64,000 nt of DNA from an uncultured Candidatus Saccharibacteria bacterium. GTDB taxonomy: Bacteria > Patescibacteriota > Doudnabacteria > UBA920. The stretch covers positions 485,609 to 549,608 of the forward strand of contig CAYYWQ010000001.1 in assembly GCA_964474825.1 (NCBI GenBank). Reading direction: 5' to 3'. The translations under genes were made by a program, and so were the position numbers. Position 1 is the stretch's first letter, and each line of letters starts with the position of its first letter. Below the pieces are notes generated by a model. The model was not told the DNA's origin, did not search any database, and was given only the letters and a program-made list of their open reading frames with translations. This document shows, piece after piece, positions 27,334 through 38,255 of this stretch.

Positions 27334-29364
27334 ATGGAGGAACTTGAAAGCCAAATCGCAAAAATACAACTAGGCAATTTTAGGCGTGCTTCCAGCTATG
27401 TGTACGTGCTGGCCGAAAAGGCTATGGCCAGCGACGCAGAGCTTTATTTGATTGCGGAACTACCCCTACTTAACCCCGCGGCCGAAGAGTCTTGCGAAAA
27501 AATTTGTTTGGCAATTGCCGGCGCCCTTAAGCGCGCATATAAAAAACCCTTCACCGAGGGCAGTTTTGAAAGCGCCATAGCCCAAATAAACGAAGAACTG
27601 GGAAAACTGGCCAGCATGGGCCAGGTTCACTGGATAAACAAATTAAACTGCCTTATTGCGGTTAAATACGGGCCGGATTTTACAATAGCCACTTGCGGCA
27701 AGGTCATGGCCTACCTGTTCCGCGCCGGGGAGTTTACGGACATTGCATGCTCCCCCACCCAAAGCCATCCGCTTAAAACTTTTGAAAATTATGCCACCGG
27801 CAGAATTAGGCTAAACGATTTACTTATTTTGTCCACAGCTCAATTGTTCAATTATATTTCCATGGACCGGCTGAGGAGCATTTTAACCGGCTCAGCTTTT
27901 TTAAACGCCACCAAAACTATTGTTGAATTGCTTAAAGACAACGGCGGGCCCGACGCCGCGTTTGGCACAATTTTTAATTTACAGGTACAGCCCGGACAAA
28001 CCACTGAAGAAGAGGTTGATTTGGAAAACTTTGTCGCGGAAAGCCAGTCTGCTTCCGCGCCGCTTTGGGCCAAAGCGTGGGAGTACATAAAAGGAATGAT
28101 AGCGCATGGAAAAAGCAAGCGCATTCCAAAAGTGGATTTACCAAGTTTTTCCTCGGCCAATAGCGCCGCTAAAATTAAAAGCGGGGCCATTGCCGCGCTG
28201 GGCGCGAGCAAAAGCATTTGGAGCGCGCTTGGCCGCGGCGTGGCTTACAGCAAAAACACTTTAAGGCCGGAAAATTTTAAAACTTTTAGCCGCGAAAAAA
28301 AATTCTTTATAATTTCTTTGGGGGTTTTAGTGCTTGCGGTTATTATTTCTTTGACTGTTGCTGTCCGTCTTAAAAACACCCGGGCAGGCGATTCAGCCCA
28401 AAACACCCAAATCAAACAAGCTCAAACTTTTTTAAACAACGCCCAAACTTCGTTTTTGTATAATGACCAAAACAGCGCCCAGGATTATTTAAGCCAGGCT
28501 CAAGGCAAAATGCCAAAAGCAAATGAGGTCAGGAACGGAAACAAAGCACTTTACCAGACTGTTAGTGCCCAGCTCACCGAACTAGAACAAAAAATCCAAA
28601 AACAAACTCAGGCAGAAGTTACAAACCTTGGCGCTTTGGCAGCGGGCAGCGGCTTAATTAAACTTCCAAATATTGTTGCGGTCCAGAGTAATAAAAGCAT
28701 TATCAGCTTTAGTAAAACCACAGGCAGGATAGAAGACGGCGTGGTAAAAGCTAACGATACGATTGTTGATAATGTTTATTTTTCCGGTAACACAACTGCC
28801 ATTTATAACGGCAGCAGCTTAAGGCTTTGGGATTTTAGCACAGGGAGTTTAACTGCCCCTTTTTCAACAAACGTGCCAAGCCAAAACGATTTTGGCGGCT
28901 TGGCCGCTTACCAAACTAACAGCCGGGTTTACATAATTAACAAAGCTACTTCTCAAATTATAAACTTCACAGTTTTTGGCAATAACCTTACCAAACCCGC
29001 GGTTAGCTTAACTGATCCGTCTTTAAACAAAGCTTCCTCACTTGCCATAGACAGCGCCATTTATATTGTTAGTGAAGACCAAGTATTAAAATTCCAAAGC
29101 GGCAAGCCCGCGGATTTTAAAACCCCCGTACTTTCCAAGCCTTTGTCTGACACAGCCAAAATTTACACAGAAAAAGGCTGGGAAAAATTATATATTTTAG
29201 ACGCCGGCAACAACAGAATAATAATTACCGACAAAAAAGGTACCTTAATTTCAACCTTACAAAGCAGTCAATTTACAAAATTGGTAGATTTCCAGGTAGA
29301 CGAAAAAAATAAGACAGCCTATGTCTTAAATGATGGGACTCTGCTTAAAGTGACACTGCCTTAA
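27334..29364 (+). CDS. Large bitopic membrane protein with an N-terminal cytoplasmic domain, a central TM and a C-terminal extracellular beta-rich repeat domain
   Basis: TM FFIISLGVLVLAVIISLTVAV. The C-terminal region is rich in N/S/T/G with periodic hydrophobics. Confidence 0.35.
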   Translation: MEELESQIAKIQLGNFRRASSYVYVLAEKAMASDAELYLIAELPLLNPAAEESCEKICLAIAGALKRAYKKPFTEGSFESAIAQINEELGKLASMGQVHWINKLNCLIAVKYGPDFTIATCGKVMAYLFRAGEFTDIACSPTQSHPLKTFENYATGRIRLNDLLILSTAQLFNYISMDRLRSILTGSAFLNATKTIVELLKDNGGPDAAFGTIFNLQVQPGQTTEEEVDLENFVAESQSASAPLWAKAWEYIKGMIAHGKSKRIPKVDLPSFSSANSAAKIKSGAIAALGASKSIWSALGRGVAYSKNTLRPENFKTFSREKKFFIISLGVLVLAVIISLTVAVRLKNTRAGDSAQNTQIKQAQTFLNNAQTSFLYNDQNSAQDYLSQAQGKMPKANEVRNGNKALYQTVSAQLTELEQKIQKQTQAEVTNLGALAAGSGLIKLPNIVAVQSNKSIISFSKTTGRIEDGVVKANDTIVDNVYFSGNTTAIYNGSSLRLWDFSTGSLTAPFSTNVPSQNDFGGLAAYQTNSRVYIINKATSQIINFTVFGNNLTKPAVSLTDPSLNKASSLAIDSAIYIVSEDQVLKFQSGKPADFKTPVLSKPLSDTAKIYTEKGWEKLYILDAGNNRIIITDKKGTLISTLQSSQFTKLVDFQVDEKNKTAYVLNDGTLLKVTLP

Positions 29365-30368
29365 GTTATAGTTTTTAAATACTCCTCGGCGATAACTTTA
29401 GTTTCGTCGAGGTTTTTTGTTTCCATTAATTTGGCCCGCAGTTCCGCGGCGCCGTCAAAGCCAGAGGCGTAGGCTTTAAAATGTTTACGCATTATCATAA
29501 AGGGTTTAATTTTGCCCAAGAGCTTGTCAAATAATTCTGCGTGCTCAAGCATGACGCGCAGGCGTTCTTTAATGTCTGGCCGATGGTTAGTGAAGAACCA
29601 AGGACTACCAAAAGCTCCCCGTGCGACCATAACCCCGTCGCAACCTGTCTGTGCAATGCGGTCCAAACCTTCTTGGTGTGATTTAATGTCGCCATTACCT
29701 ATAATTAAGGCTTGGGATTTGAGTGCATTGCGAATCTTTACCGCCTCAGCAATTTTTTCCCAATGCGCGGGAACTTTGGACATTTCTCTTTTTGTACGGC
29801 CATGCAAAGTTAAAGCGACAATATTTGTTTGTAGTAAATTTTCCACCCATCCTTGCATTTCTTCCAAGCTGTTGTAACCCAACCTAGTTTTAACGGACAC
29901 GGGCAAATCCCCCGCTCCTTTTTTTGTTGCAAGTATAATTTCCTGTGCGTGCTTAGGTTCCAAAATTAAAGCAGCGCAGGTTTTTTGGCCAACTTCTTTG
30001 TCCTGCGGACAGCCCATGTTTATATCTACGCCGTCAAAGCCAAGTTTAGCCAAAAGCTTTGCGGCCTCATAAAATTTTTCCGGATCCCTTCCCCAAATTT
30101 GCCCAACCATTGGCCGCTGCGCTTCTGTATATTCAAGATCAATCTTGAGGCGTTCAAATCCTTCCGGATGCAAAATACCATCAACATTCACAAACTCAGT
30201 GAACATAACAAAAGGATTTTTTCCTATTGCTTGTTCGCTATTGCCAATTGCCTTCCCTCCGCTATACCTTGCAAACATTTCACGAAAAGCCACGTCTGTA
30301 ACCTCTTCCATAGGAGCAAGACAAAAAAAGGGCTTAGGTAAATTGTGCCAAAAGTTTGACATAGTCAT
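29361..30368 (-). CDS. dus: tRNA-dihydrouridine synthase
   Basis: CLAPMEEVTD, and DINMGCP (catalytic Cys). Confidence 0.8.
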   Translation of the reverse strand: MTMSNFWHNLPKPFFCLAPMEEVTDVAFREMFARYSGGKAIGNSEQAIGKNPFVMFTEFVNVDGILHPEGFERLKIDLEYTEAQRPMVGQIWGRDPEKFYEAAKLLAKLGFDGVDINMGCPQDKEVGQKTCAALILEPKHAQEIILATKKGAGDLPVSVKTRLGYNSLEEMQGWVENLLQTNIVALTLHGRTKREMSKVPAHWEKIAEAVKIRNALKSQALIIGNGDIKSHQEGLDRIAQTGCDGVMVARGAFGSPWFFTNHRPDIKERLRVMLEHAELFDKLLGKIKPFMIMRKHFKAYASGFDGAAELRAKLMETKNLDETKVIAEEYLKTIT

Positions 30369-30380
30369 TAGTTTAAATCA

Positions 30381-30411
30381 AAAACCGCCCCAGAGCAACT
30401 GGGGCGGTTTT
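30381..30411. terminator. Bidirectional terminator between rplL and dus
   Basis: Hairpin ccgcccca-gagcaa-ctggggcgg with flanking A and T runs. Confidence 0.55.
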
Positions 30412-30426
30412 AACAAAAACTCTAGA

Positions 30427-30828
30427 TTACTTAAGGTTCACCTTACCGCCGGCTTCTTCGATCTTTTTCTTCCATTCTTCGGCTTGGGCTTTGGCTACAT
30501 TTTCTTTAACAACTTTTGGAGCGGCGTCTACAATGTCTTTGGCTTCTTTAAGTCCAAGACCGGTGACTTCGCGCACCACTTTAATAACAGCAATTTTGTT
30601 GGCGCCGGCTTCGGCTAATTCAACGTTGAATTCAGTCTTTTCTTCGGCAGCTGCGCCACCGGCGGCGGCACCGGCGGCTACCATCATAGGGGCAGCAGCG
30701 CTTACGCCAAATTTAGCTTCTAAAATTTTTACCAATTCGGACAGCTCCATAGCTGTGTACTTTTCAACCTGGTCAACAACGGCCTGGAATTTGGCCGGGA
30801 CTTCTACGGTTGTTACTTCATCGGACAT
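30427..30828 (-). CDS. rplL: 50S ribosomal protein L7/L12
   Basis: An Ala-rich hinge and the conserved C-terminal domain [24 protein letters not shown]. Confidence 0.9.
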   Translation of the reverse strand: MSDEVTTVEVPAKFQAVVDQVEKYTAMELSELVKILEAKFGVSAAAPMMVAAGAAAGGAAAEEKTEFNVELAEAGANKIAVIKVVREVTGLGLKEAKDIVDAAPKVVKENVAKAQAEEWKKKIEEAGGKVNLK

Positions 30829-30914
30829 GTTATATTACCTTTCGAGAACATTTTAACAATTCAGAATTTACAAATTGTTAAAATATTAGGATGTTAAAAT
30901 AATAAAATAATTTC

Positions 30915-31436
30915 TTAAGCGGCCACAGGTGCGGCCGGGGCAGCAACTTCACCCATTTTTTCAGCGCGGGCATTTAATACTCTGGCAAAAGCGGAAATTG
31001 GTCCGTTAAGCACAGACATAAACTGAGAACGCAACTGATCTTTAGTAGGCAAGCTACCTAAGGCAACAACTTGAGCCTTGCTCATTAACTCGCTGCCCAG
31101 TAAACCTTCCAAAATTCCAATGCTCTTAATATCTTTGGTTAAATTTTGAATGATTCTAGCAGGAGCGGTTTCATCTTCCGTGGAAATAGAAAGAATTACC
31201 GGAGTTTTGTAATCTGCAATTTCGCCTTGCAATCCGGCGTCCTTCATAGCTCTCTTAACCAAAGTCAGTTTGTAAACTTTGGAAAAAACATTTTCCTTGC
31301 GAAGAGTTTTGCGGAATTTGTCTAAGTCCAAAACGGTTGTGCCGCGATAATCGCTAAACACCACGGCCTTTGAAGCTTTAAGTTTTTCCGTTAACTCTTT
31401 AAGATCCTTCTCTTTTTGACTTTTTAATTTAGGCAT
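30915..31436 (-). CDS. rplJ: 50S ribosomal protein L10. The start is probably the internal Met at 31436; the ORF track extends it to 31496.
   Basis: MPKLKSQKEKDLKELTEKLKASKAVVFSDYRGTTV. The 20-codon upstream extension falls in a GTAG-rich leader region. Confidence 0.8.
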   Translation of the reverse strand: MPKLKSQKEKDLKELTEKLKASKAVVFSDYRGTTVLDLDKFRKTLRKENVFSKVYKLTLVKRAMKDAGLQGEIADYKTPVILSISTEDETAPARIIQNLTKDIKSIGILEGLLGSELMSKAQVVALGSLPTKDQLRSQFMSVLNGPISAFARVLNARAEKMGEVAAPAAPVAA

Positions 31437-31688
31437 AATTTTAGTAGCTAGTTTATAGCATTTAGTAGTTAGGACTAGATCGACCGTCGTAGCCAATAAA
31501 TATCCGGGTAAAAATAAAACTCGGCTGAGCCGAGTACATAAACTATTCGCTAAGCACTATTCGCTTATCGCTAGTTTTATTCCTCGGTGGGTCTATCGAT
31601 TTAACGATAAATTAAGGCCTTGCGACCACCAACTGTCTTTGGATATTTAGTTAAAAGCATTATACCAGACCCCAGTAAATCCGTCAAA

Positions 31689-32279
31689 TTACTTGCCCAT
31701 AATAAACTTGGGCAGGTAATTTATCATGGCCATACTCTCTCTTAAATAGTAATAGCTTATGTCTTTAAAACTATAATATTTTTGGCTCGGCGAACTCCAG
31801 TAAACATCTTCAAACCCCAGGCGCTTGGCCACAAAAACCGCCCTGGCCAAATGGAAACTGTCGCTTACTATTATTAAACTTTTTGCTTTAGGTAATTTAG
31901 CCTTGGTATTTTGAATATTTTCAAAAGTACTATGCGACTGGTCTTCCAAAATTACAGGAACTAGAATTGAAGCCTTATAAGCAATAGCATTCTGCATATA
32001 CTGCGCTTCGGAAATAGAACCTTTGTAGTCTTCCCCGCCACTCACAACAATAACCGGAGCTTGGCCTGCCTCATACAACCTTAGGCCCTCCAGGCTTCTA
32101 TTATAGGCCGCAGGCGTCTTAATAGCCGCACCCAAAACCACTATTACGTCTGCCTTTTGCACTTTGGGATGAAAAATAGCAAAAGCCACAATAACCGCCA
32201 AATCCAAAACAAAAACCACAGCCGCAACTATAACCAAACGCTTTATAATTTTCCAAGCTTTTTTAATAAACCTTTGCAT
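31689..32279 (-). CDS. DUF218 (YdcF/SanA/ElyC-like) membrane-anchored protein
   Basis: ADVIVVLGAAI...VIVVSGGED...HSTFEN...LIIVSDSFHLARA. Confidence 0.6.
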   Translation of the reverse strand: MQRFIKKAWKIIKRLVIVAAVVFVLDLAVIVAFAIFHPKVQKADVIVVLGAAIKTPAAYNRSLEGLRLYEAGQAPVIVVSGGEDYKGSISEAQYMQNAIAYKASILVPVILEDQSHSTFENIQNTKAKLPKAKSLIIVSDSFHLARAVFVAKRLGFEDVYWSSPSQKYYSFKDISYYYLRESMAMINYLPKFIMGK

Positions 32280-32434
32280 CTATATATTTTAACACAAAAC
32301 CGTTTTTTGGGTCGGTAATTAAAATATTATAATACCAAAAGGTTTGACGAGAAGCCCATTTTCCTCTATAATAATATGTTTTCAGCACGTCGGCGGCTGA
32401 AGATTGTTTTTGCGGAGCCGATAAGGTAAACACG

Positions 32435-33037
32435 TTGAAAAACAAAAAAATAATCACCACGATTTTGGCGGTCGTGGTTTTGCTTCTGTCCGCCGGCGCC
32501 GCCAACGCCGACGAAATTTTGGTCACGCTTTCTGGGGACTCCCCAGCCGCGGGAACTGTCATCCCATTTGGGTCAAACCACCTGCTAATGACAGTAGACC
32601 TCTTCTCCTTGTGGGGTGACAATGAGATCCTCCGGCTTAAATTTGTGGGGGATCCCTCGGGGGAATCATTGTTGCCCGTCGCTCTATACAGCGAGGGTAC
32701 CCAAGTGGGGCCGACAAAGGGCTGGTTCTATAGCGACGTGGTGTTTGATTTGCTCCCCGGAGCAGTTGTCGTTCCTGAAGGAACGCACAAGAAACTCGAG
32801 CTGCGAGCGGGGCTTTTCAATTTCCCGTACATAACATACCCCACCGGTTTTCGACCACGCTTGAACGAAGTAACCGGAAGGGATCTTGCGACCGGAGATC
32901 TCTTCGCTCCGTACCTCCAACTGCCAGTGACCGGAAACCTGCTCATCTTGGGAACCACCGCTACACCAGAGCCTGGCACAGTTACACTGGTCGCTATGGG
33001 CCTTGCCCTCTGCGGCCTCGGTATTCGCCGCCACTAA
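32435..33037 (+). CDS. PEP-CTERM sorting-signal protein encoded on a GC-rich islet
   Basis: Signal peptide MKNKKIITTILAVVVLLLSAGAANA. C-terminus TPEPGTVTLVAMGLALCGLGIRRH, which is a PEP motif, then a TM, then a basic tail. The body is GGG/CCC/CTC codon-biased, unlike neighbouring genes. Confidence 0.6.
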   Translation: MKNKKIITTILAVVVLLLSAGAANADEILVTLSGDSPAAGTVIPFGSNHLLMTVDLFSLWGDNEILRLKFVGDPSGESLLPVALYSEGTQVGPTKGWFYSDVVFDLLPGAVVVPEGTHKKLELRAGLFNFPYITYPTGFRPRLNEVTGRDLATGDLFAPYLQLPVTGNLLILGTTATPEPGTVTLVAMGLALCGLGIRRH

Positions 33038-33093
33038 AAACAGAAGTCGCCAAGAAAGGAGGCGAAATCAAAGTCCCCAATATGGGGCGCGAA

Positions 33094-33147
33094 AGAAGCG
33101 GAAGGACATGGGCATCTGCGCAGACCCATTTCCCCCGCTTCTTTTTA
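33094..33147 (+). terminator. Possible terminator after the PEP-CTERM gene (long-loop hairpin followed by a T-run)
   Basis: agaagcgg...ccgcttct followed by ttttat. Confidence 0.3.
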
Positions 33148-33207
33148 TACCTTCCGTCCTTGAAAAAAAACAGTGTTTTTGGTAAACTATCAGAAGTTAA
33201 TATATAT

Positions 33208-33281
33208 TGCCCGGTAGCCAAGTGGTAAGGCAGAGGACTCTGAATCCTCCATCGAAGGTTCGAATCCTTCCCGGGCAGCCA
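33208..33281 (+). tRNA. tRNA-Gln (anticodon CTG) with encoded CCA
   Basis: Cloverleaf TGCCCGG/CCGGGCA, a 3-bp D-stem like E. coli tRNA-Gln, anticodon arm GAGGA-CTCTGAA-TCCTC, and T-arm GAAGG-TTCGAAT-CCTTC. Confidence 0.8.
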
Positions 33282-33421
33282 ATGAGTTATTCACCCATTC
33301 CGGGTGTTTTTATTTTTGCACCAAAAACTTCATAACCATCGTATAAATAACAAACACCAAGCTCTCTTGGCTCGAGCGGCTTGGAAAATATCTCAAAAAA
33401 ATAATTAATAAAAAACAACAA

Positions 33422-33736
33422 ATGGAAGAACAACATATGAAGGAACCGTCTGAAGGCTATTGCCCATGCGGAATGTGCCGCGGTTATATTGGTCATTACG
33501 GCCACGGCGGAAGGTTTTGGTTTGGCCGCTGGCTGGTTATGTTTGCTTTAGCGCTATTAATTTTTGTCTTGGGCTTTGCCTTTGGCAGAATGAGCTGCTT
33601 TAGCCACGGCATTTACAAAAATGACAATATAATGTACAGAAGCGGCCGCATGATGCAAGGAATGCCCGGAGACTTCCGGGGTAACATGATGTACCAGTTC
33701 AGTGTGCCGGTAAGTTCTACAACCCCAGTAAAATAA
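33422..33736 (+). CDS. Small membrane protein with a Cys/His-rich N-terminus
   Basis: CPCGMCRGYIGHYGHGG, then one TM. Confidence 0.3.
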   Translation: MEEQHMKEPSEGYCPCGMCRGYIGHYGHGGRFWFGRWLVMFALALLIFVLGFAFGRMSCFSHGIYKNDNIMYRSGRMMQGMPGDFRGNMMYQFSVPVSSTTPVK

Positions 33737-33791
33737 GTTTGATAAAAAAAGACCACCGCACTGCGGAGGTCTTTTTAAATGCTGATGATAT

Positions 33792-35066
33792 TTAGTACGA
33801 TTGGCTTCTGTGCCTGGGAATAAAGCGTGAGCTGGATCCCCTGCTGTGCCTTCCGGCGGAAAAACCTCCACGGGAATTTTGGGGACGGAAACCTCGGGGT
33901 TTAAAGCCCATCCTGGAATCTTCCGGAGTTCTTTGCGGAGCGGTTGTTCCTGCCACCCGGGTGGAGGGAAGCTGTTTTTTAATTAAACGCTCAATATCCA
34001 TTACATCGCGGCGTTGGTCGGAAGTAGCCAAAGAAATAGCGTGGCCTTCCATTCCGGCGCGGCCGGTACGGCCAATACGGTGAACATAATCGCTCGGGCT
34101 TTCCGGTAAGTCAAAATTTACTACTAATTCAATTCCGGTAACATCAATACCTCGGGCAGCAATATCAGTCGCCACTAAAACTCTATATTTACCCATTTTA
34201 AAACCCTGCAAAGCTTCTATGCGCTGGTTTAAAGAACGGTTGGAATGGATTTCCGAAGCACTGTGGCCCAGGTTACGAACAGCAAAAGCAATTTTTTTAG
34301 CGCCAAACTTGGTGCGAGTAAAAACTAAAGTACTGCCTTTATATTCCGTTAAAATCTTTTTAAGCTGCTCCATTTTGTCGTGCTTTTCCACAAAAATAAT
34401 TTCCTGGGAAACCTGGCTGGTAACACTGCCGGCCGGCGCGACTTCCACGCGAATAGGAAGTTTCATGTAAGAATTGGCAATGTTAATAATTTCCGCGGGC
34501 ATAGTGGCCGAGAATAACATTGTCTGGCGCACAGCCGGAACAGTTTTCATAATTTGTTTAAGCTGCGGAGCAAAACCCATGTCTAGCATTCTGTCGGCTT
34601 CATCTAAAACCAAAATCCCCACTTTGTCCAAGCGAACGGTTTTTTGTTCTAAATGATCTATAAGTCTTCCAGGGGTCGCGATTATAATATGCGGACCTCT
34701 GCGCATGCTGGCTAACTGCCTGTGCATACTTTCACCCCCAATTAACACAGCGGTTTTTAAACCAAATGAACGGCCGATGTTTTCCAAAGATTCATTAACC
34801 TGCATTGCTAGTTCACGGGTAGGTAAAACCACCAAACCCATTTTTTTGCTAGAAGCAATGCTTTGGAGCATAGGCAAACCAAAAGCCAAAGTTTTACCGG
34901 TTCCTGTTTGGGCAATACCCATAACGTCTTTGCCGGTAATGGCAACAGGGATGGCCTGGCTCTGAATAGGAGTAGGAACAGTAAAACCCTTATGCTGAAG
35001 AATTTCCAAAAGCTTGGGTGCTAACCCAAGGCCGTTAAAAGATGTATGTATTTGCGCTGGTGTCAT
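33792..35066 (-). CDS. DEAD-box ATP-dependent RNA helicase with an Arg/Ser/Gly-rich C-terminal tail
   Basis: Q-motif GFTVPTPIQ, AQTGTGKT, DEAD in VLDEADRML, SAT, and HRIGRTGR. Confidence 0.85.
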   Translation of the reverse strand: MTPAQIHTSFNGLGLAPKLLEILQHKGFTVPTPIQSQAIPVAITGKDVMGIAQTGTGKTLAFGLPMLQSIASSKKMGLVVLPTRELAMQVNESLENIGRSFGLKTAVLIGGESMHRQLASMRRGPHIIIATPGRLIDHLEQKTVRLDKVGILVLDEADRMLDMGFAPQLKQIMKTVPAVRQTMLFSATMPAEIINIANSYMKLPIRVEVAPAGSVTSQVSQEIIFVEKHDKMEQLKKILTEYKGSTLVFTRTKFGAKKIAFAVRNLGHSASEIHSNRSLNQRIEALQGFKMGKYRVLVATDIAARGIDVTGIELVVNFDLPESPSDYVHRIGRTGRAGMEGHAISLATSDQRRDVMDIERLIKKQLPSTRVAGTTAPQRTPEDSRMGFKPRGFRPQNSRGGFSAGRHSRGSSSRFIPRHRSQSY

Positions 35067-35450
35067 TAAAATATAGTCTTTCTGAGTGCTTTTTAATACG
35101 AGTTCTAATTATATCACTTTTCCATATTTTTGTCAACAACACTACCCCTTACGTTTATTGTGTGATAAAATATAGCTACAAATAAAGCGCTAAGAAACAA
35201 AAATGACAAAGACTTTAAAATGGCTATTTTACCTGTTTCTAATATTAGCAGCGGTTTTTTTATACTGGTTTTTACCCAAATACTCCTTTGTCCAAAAAAA
35301 TCCCGGCTATTGCACCAACTTAACTCCTCATATTTATTACTGCGGAAGCCAGGCAGGGTTTGACAAGCTTTTTAATGTAAACAAAAATTGACATTTACCA
35401 ATACTAATCGTAAAATAAAATAAAGTAAGTTTGTATTAGAAACAAAAATC

Positions 35451-36002
35451 ATGTTCAAAAATTTATCATCCCAAAATAAAAGTTTTATAATCCTGGCAAT
35501 AATTGCCGCGGTTGGCACGTATGTTGCAATTGTTATTGGGCATTTTTCCCCTCCCCCAACTCGAACTTCTAGTCTGACCCCTAATAATTCTACTGACAGC
35601 GGGGCCGTGGCTTCAGCCAATGACCATTTTATGCCGGAATTTAAACCGGTAGACACCTCCAATTGGAAAACCTACAGTGACCCTAAGTATCCTTTAAGTT
35701 TTAATTACGACCCTGCCTGGACCGTAAAGCCCGGAAAAATTCAGGATGGCTTTTATGTTTTAGAAATTGACCCAGGCGCAAAATATTACAATATGAAAGT
35801 CTATGTAAGCACCAGCCAATTTTATAATATAGACGGTTTGCCTTTTGTAAAAACCGACATTAATGGTGCCCAGGCTTACAACGTTTCCAACCTGCTTTAC
35901 GGAATTAAAATGGGCCCAAACTATTACACTTTTGAAAACGGCCTGTCTACTAATATGATAGACAACTTTAACGCTTTAGTAAGAACAGTAACGTTCCAGT
36001 AA
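35451..36002 (+). CDS. Secreted or membrane-anchored hypothetical protein
   Basis: N-terminal TM or signal. ORF only. Confidence 0.3.
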   Translation: MFKNLSSQNKSFIILAIIAAVGTYVAIVIGHFSPPPTRTSSLTPNNSTDSGAVASANDHFMPEFKPVDTSNWKTYSDPKYPLSFNYDPAWTVKPGKIQDGFYVLEIDPGAKYYNMKVYVSTSQFYNIDGLPFVKTDINGAQAYNVSNLLYGIKMGPNYYTFENGLSTNMIDNFNALVRTVTFQ

Positions 36003-36112
36003 ATACTATAAATAAAAATTCCGCTTAGGCGGAATTTTATTATTCAAGGGTTTGCCAATCTTTAAAAAATGCCCTATAATCATACAAGAAATTATTAATC
36101 CTGTAACAAAAT

Positions 36113-38137
36113 ATGGAAAACACCTATTTGTATTACGCCTTAGGCGCGGCTATTTTAGCTCTTGCTTACGGCGTGTTTTTAATTGTTAAAATTCTCAAGT
36201 CCCCTGCCGGCAGCGGAAAAATGCTGGAAATTGCCAAGGCCATTCAAGACGGTGCTAAGGCGTATTTGTCCAGGCAATACAAAGCCGTAGGAATTGTGGC
36301 TGTTGTTGTTATAATTTTAATGCTTCTTGCCAACAAAGCCGTTGGACAAAATTTCTTTTCCGCTAACACAATTTACGGATTCATTTTAGGAGCTGTGCTT
36401 TCCGCCACCGCAGGTTTTGTTGGTATGAACATTTCCGTAAGAGCTAATGTGCGCACAGCTGAGGCCGCAAAAAAAGGTTTGGGTGCCGCGCTCTCTCTGG
36501 CTTTTGAAGGCGGAGCTGTTACCGGATTATTTGTAGCTGGTTTGGGACTGCTTTCTGTTACAGGATTCTACATGGCCACGCATGATCTTTCTGCTCTTGC
36601 TGGTTTGGCTTTTGGCGCATCCTTAATTTCCGTGTTTGCCCGTTTGGGCGGCGGTATTTTTACCAAAGGCGCGGACGTAGGAACAGACATGGTTGGTAAA
36701 GTTGAAGCCGGTATTCCCGAAGACGACCCAAGAAACCCTGGCGTAATTGCGGACAACGTTGGTGACAACGTTGGTGACTGCGCCGGTATGGCCGCTGATT
36801 TGTTTGAAACTTATGTTGTTTCTGCCATTGCCGTAATTTTACTGGGAAGCTTTGTTTTTCCAAACAACACAATGGCTATTATTTTTCCATTAATGATTGG
36901 CGCGGCTTCCATAGTTACTACTATTATTGGAACCTGGTTTGTTCGCATTGGAAAATCTGGCAGCATTATGGGCGCGCTTTACAAGGGCTTAATAGTATCA
37001 GGAATTCTTTCTGCGATTGCTTTCTATCCAATTACCCAAAAATTAATGGGCGATAATGGTCTGTACTCTGCCCTTAATCTTTTCTACTGCGCCTTAATTG
37101 GACTGGGTGTTACAGCTGCCGTAGTTTTAATTACCGAATACTACACTTCAAAGTCTTACTCCCCTGTTAAACAAATTGCTGAAGCTTCCACAACCGGACA
37201 TGGCACTAATATTATTAAGGGTTTGGCCGTTGGCATGCAGTCCACTGCCGCTCCGGTTATTGTAATTGTTGTTGCGATTTTGTCTGCGTATCAATTAGCA
37301 GGACTTTATGGTATTGCTTTAGCAGTAATGAGCATGTTGTCCCTTACAGGAATAATTGTGGCGATAGACGCCTTTGGTCCAATTACAGACAACGCCGGTG
37401 GCATTGCTGAAATGGCGGGACTAGATAAGAGCGTACGTGATGTTACAGACCCACTAGACGCGGTTGGCAACACCACAAAGGCCGTAACAAAAGGTTACGC
37501 AATTGCCAGCGCTGGCTTGGCTGCTATGGTTTTGTTTGCAGCTTACACGCAAGAACTTCAGGCTAACGGAATTTCCACAGTATTCGATTTGTCCAACAGC
37601 AAAGTATTAGTAGGTTTGTTAATTGGTGGCTTGCTTCCTTATTTGTTTGCTTCCATTGCTATGTCTGCTGTTGGTAACGCTGCCAAGGCAGTTGTAGAAG
37701 AAGTGCGCAGACAGTTCCGAGAGATTAAAGGAATTATGGAAGGAACCGCAAAGCCAGACTACTCCAAAGCTGTAGATATTGTAACTAAAGCTGCTATAAA
37801 AGAAATGATTATTCCTGCTTTAATTCCGGTTGTAGTCCCAATTGTAGTTGGTCTGTGGCTTGGTGCCGCGGCCTTAGGCGGACTTTTAGTTGGAACAATT
37901 GTCACCGGTTTGTTTGTAGGAATTTCCATGACTACCGGCGGCGCGGCTTGGGACAATGCCAAAAAATATATTGAAGAAGGCAGCTTTGGCGGCAAAGGTA
38001 GTGAAGCTCACAAAGCCGCCGTTACCGGCGACACCGTAGGCGACCCCTACAAAGACACTGCTGGCCCGGCTATAAACCCAATGATCAAGATTATAAACAT
38101 TGTTGCTCTTCTTTTGGTAAAATTCTTAAAACCGTAA
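36113..38137 (+). CDS. hppA: Membrane-bound H+/Na+-translocating pyrophosphatase (V-PPase)
   Basis: [41 protein letters not shown], and [11 protein letters not shown]. Confidence 0.9.
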   Translation: MENTYLYYALGAAILALAYGVFLIVKILKSPAGSGKMLEIAKAIQDGAKAYLSRQYKAVGIVAVVVIILMLLANKAVGQNFFSANTIYGFILGAVLSATAGFVGMNISVRANVRTAEAAKKGLGAALSLAFEGGAVTGLFVAGLGLLSVTGFYMATHDLSALAGLAFGASLISVFARLGGGIFTKGADVGTDMVGKVEAGIPEDDPRNPGVIADNVGDNVGDCAGMAADLFETYVVSAIAVILLGSFVFPNNTMAIIFPLMIGAASIVTTIIGTWFVRIGKSGSIMGALYKGLIVSGILSAIAFYPITQKLMGDNGLYSALNLFYCALIGLGVTAAVVLITEYYTSKSYSPVKQIAEASTTGHGTNIIKGLAVGMQSTAAPVIVIVVAILSAYQLAGLYGIALAVMSMLSLTGIIVAIDAFGPITDNAGGIAEMAGLDKSVRDVTDPLDAVGNTTKAVTKGYAIASAGLAAMVLFAAYTQELQANGISTVFDLSNSKVLVGLLIGGLLPYLFASIAMSAVGNAAKAVVEEVRRQFREIKGIMEGTAKPDYSKAVDIVTKAAIKEMIIPALIPVVVPIVVGLWLGAAALGGLLVGTIVTGLFVGISMTTGGAAWDNAKKYIEEGSFGGKGSEAHKAAVTGDTVGDPYKDTAGPAINPMIKIINIVALLLVKFLKP

Positions 38138-38150
38138 ATATTTTAAAAAC

Positions 38151-38176
38151 CACCCTCGAAGGAGGGTGGTTTTTTA
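38151..38176 (+). terminator. Rho-independent terminator after hppA
   Basis: ccaccctc-gaag-gagggtgg followed by ttttttat. Confidence 0.65.
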
Positions 38177-38255
38177 TTTTCCAAACAAAAGATCCCCAGA
38201 AACAAACGCCGTCGTGCGCGTGTTCCCGGGGACCTCAGATTTTCTTGTGATGGGC

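Noticed and set aside
30915-31496. The 20-codon N-terminal extension of rplJ (MATTVDLVLTTKCYKLATKI) in the ORF track
   Set aside because: The conserved L10 N-terminus begins at the internal Met (MPKLKSQKEK, 31436). The extension overlaps a GTAG-rich leader region (31441-31495) that is more likely 5' UTR, possibly a regulatory L10 leader.
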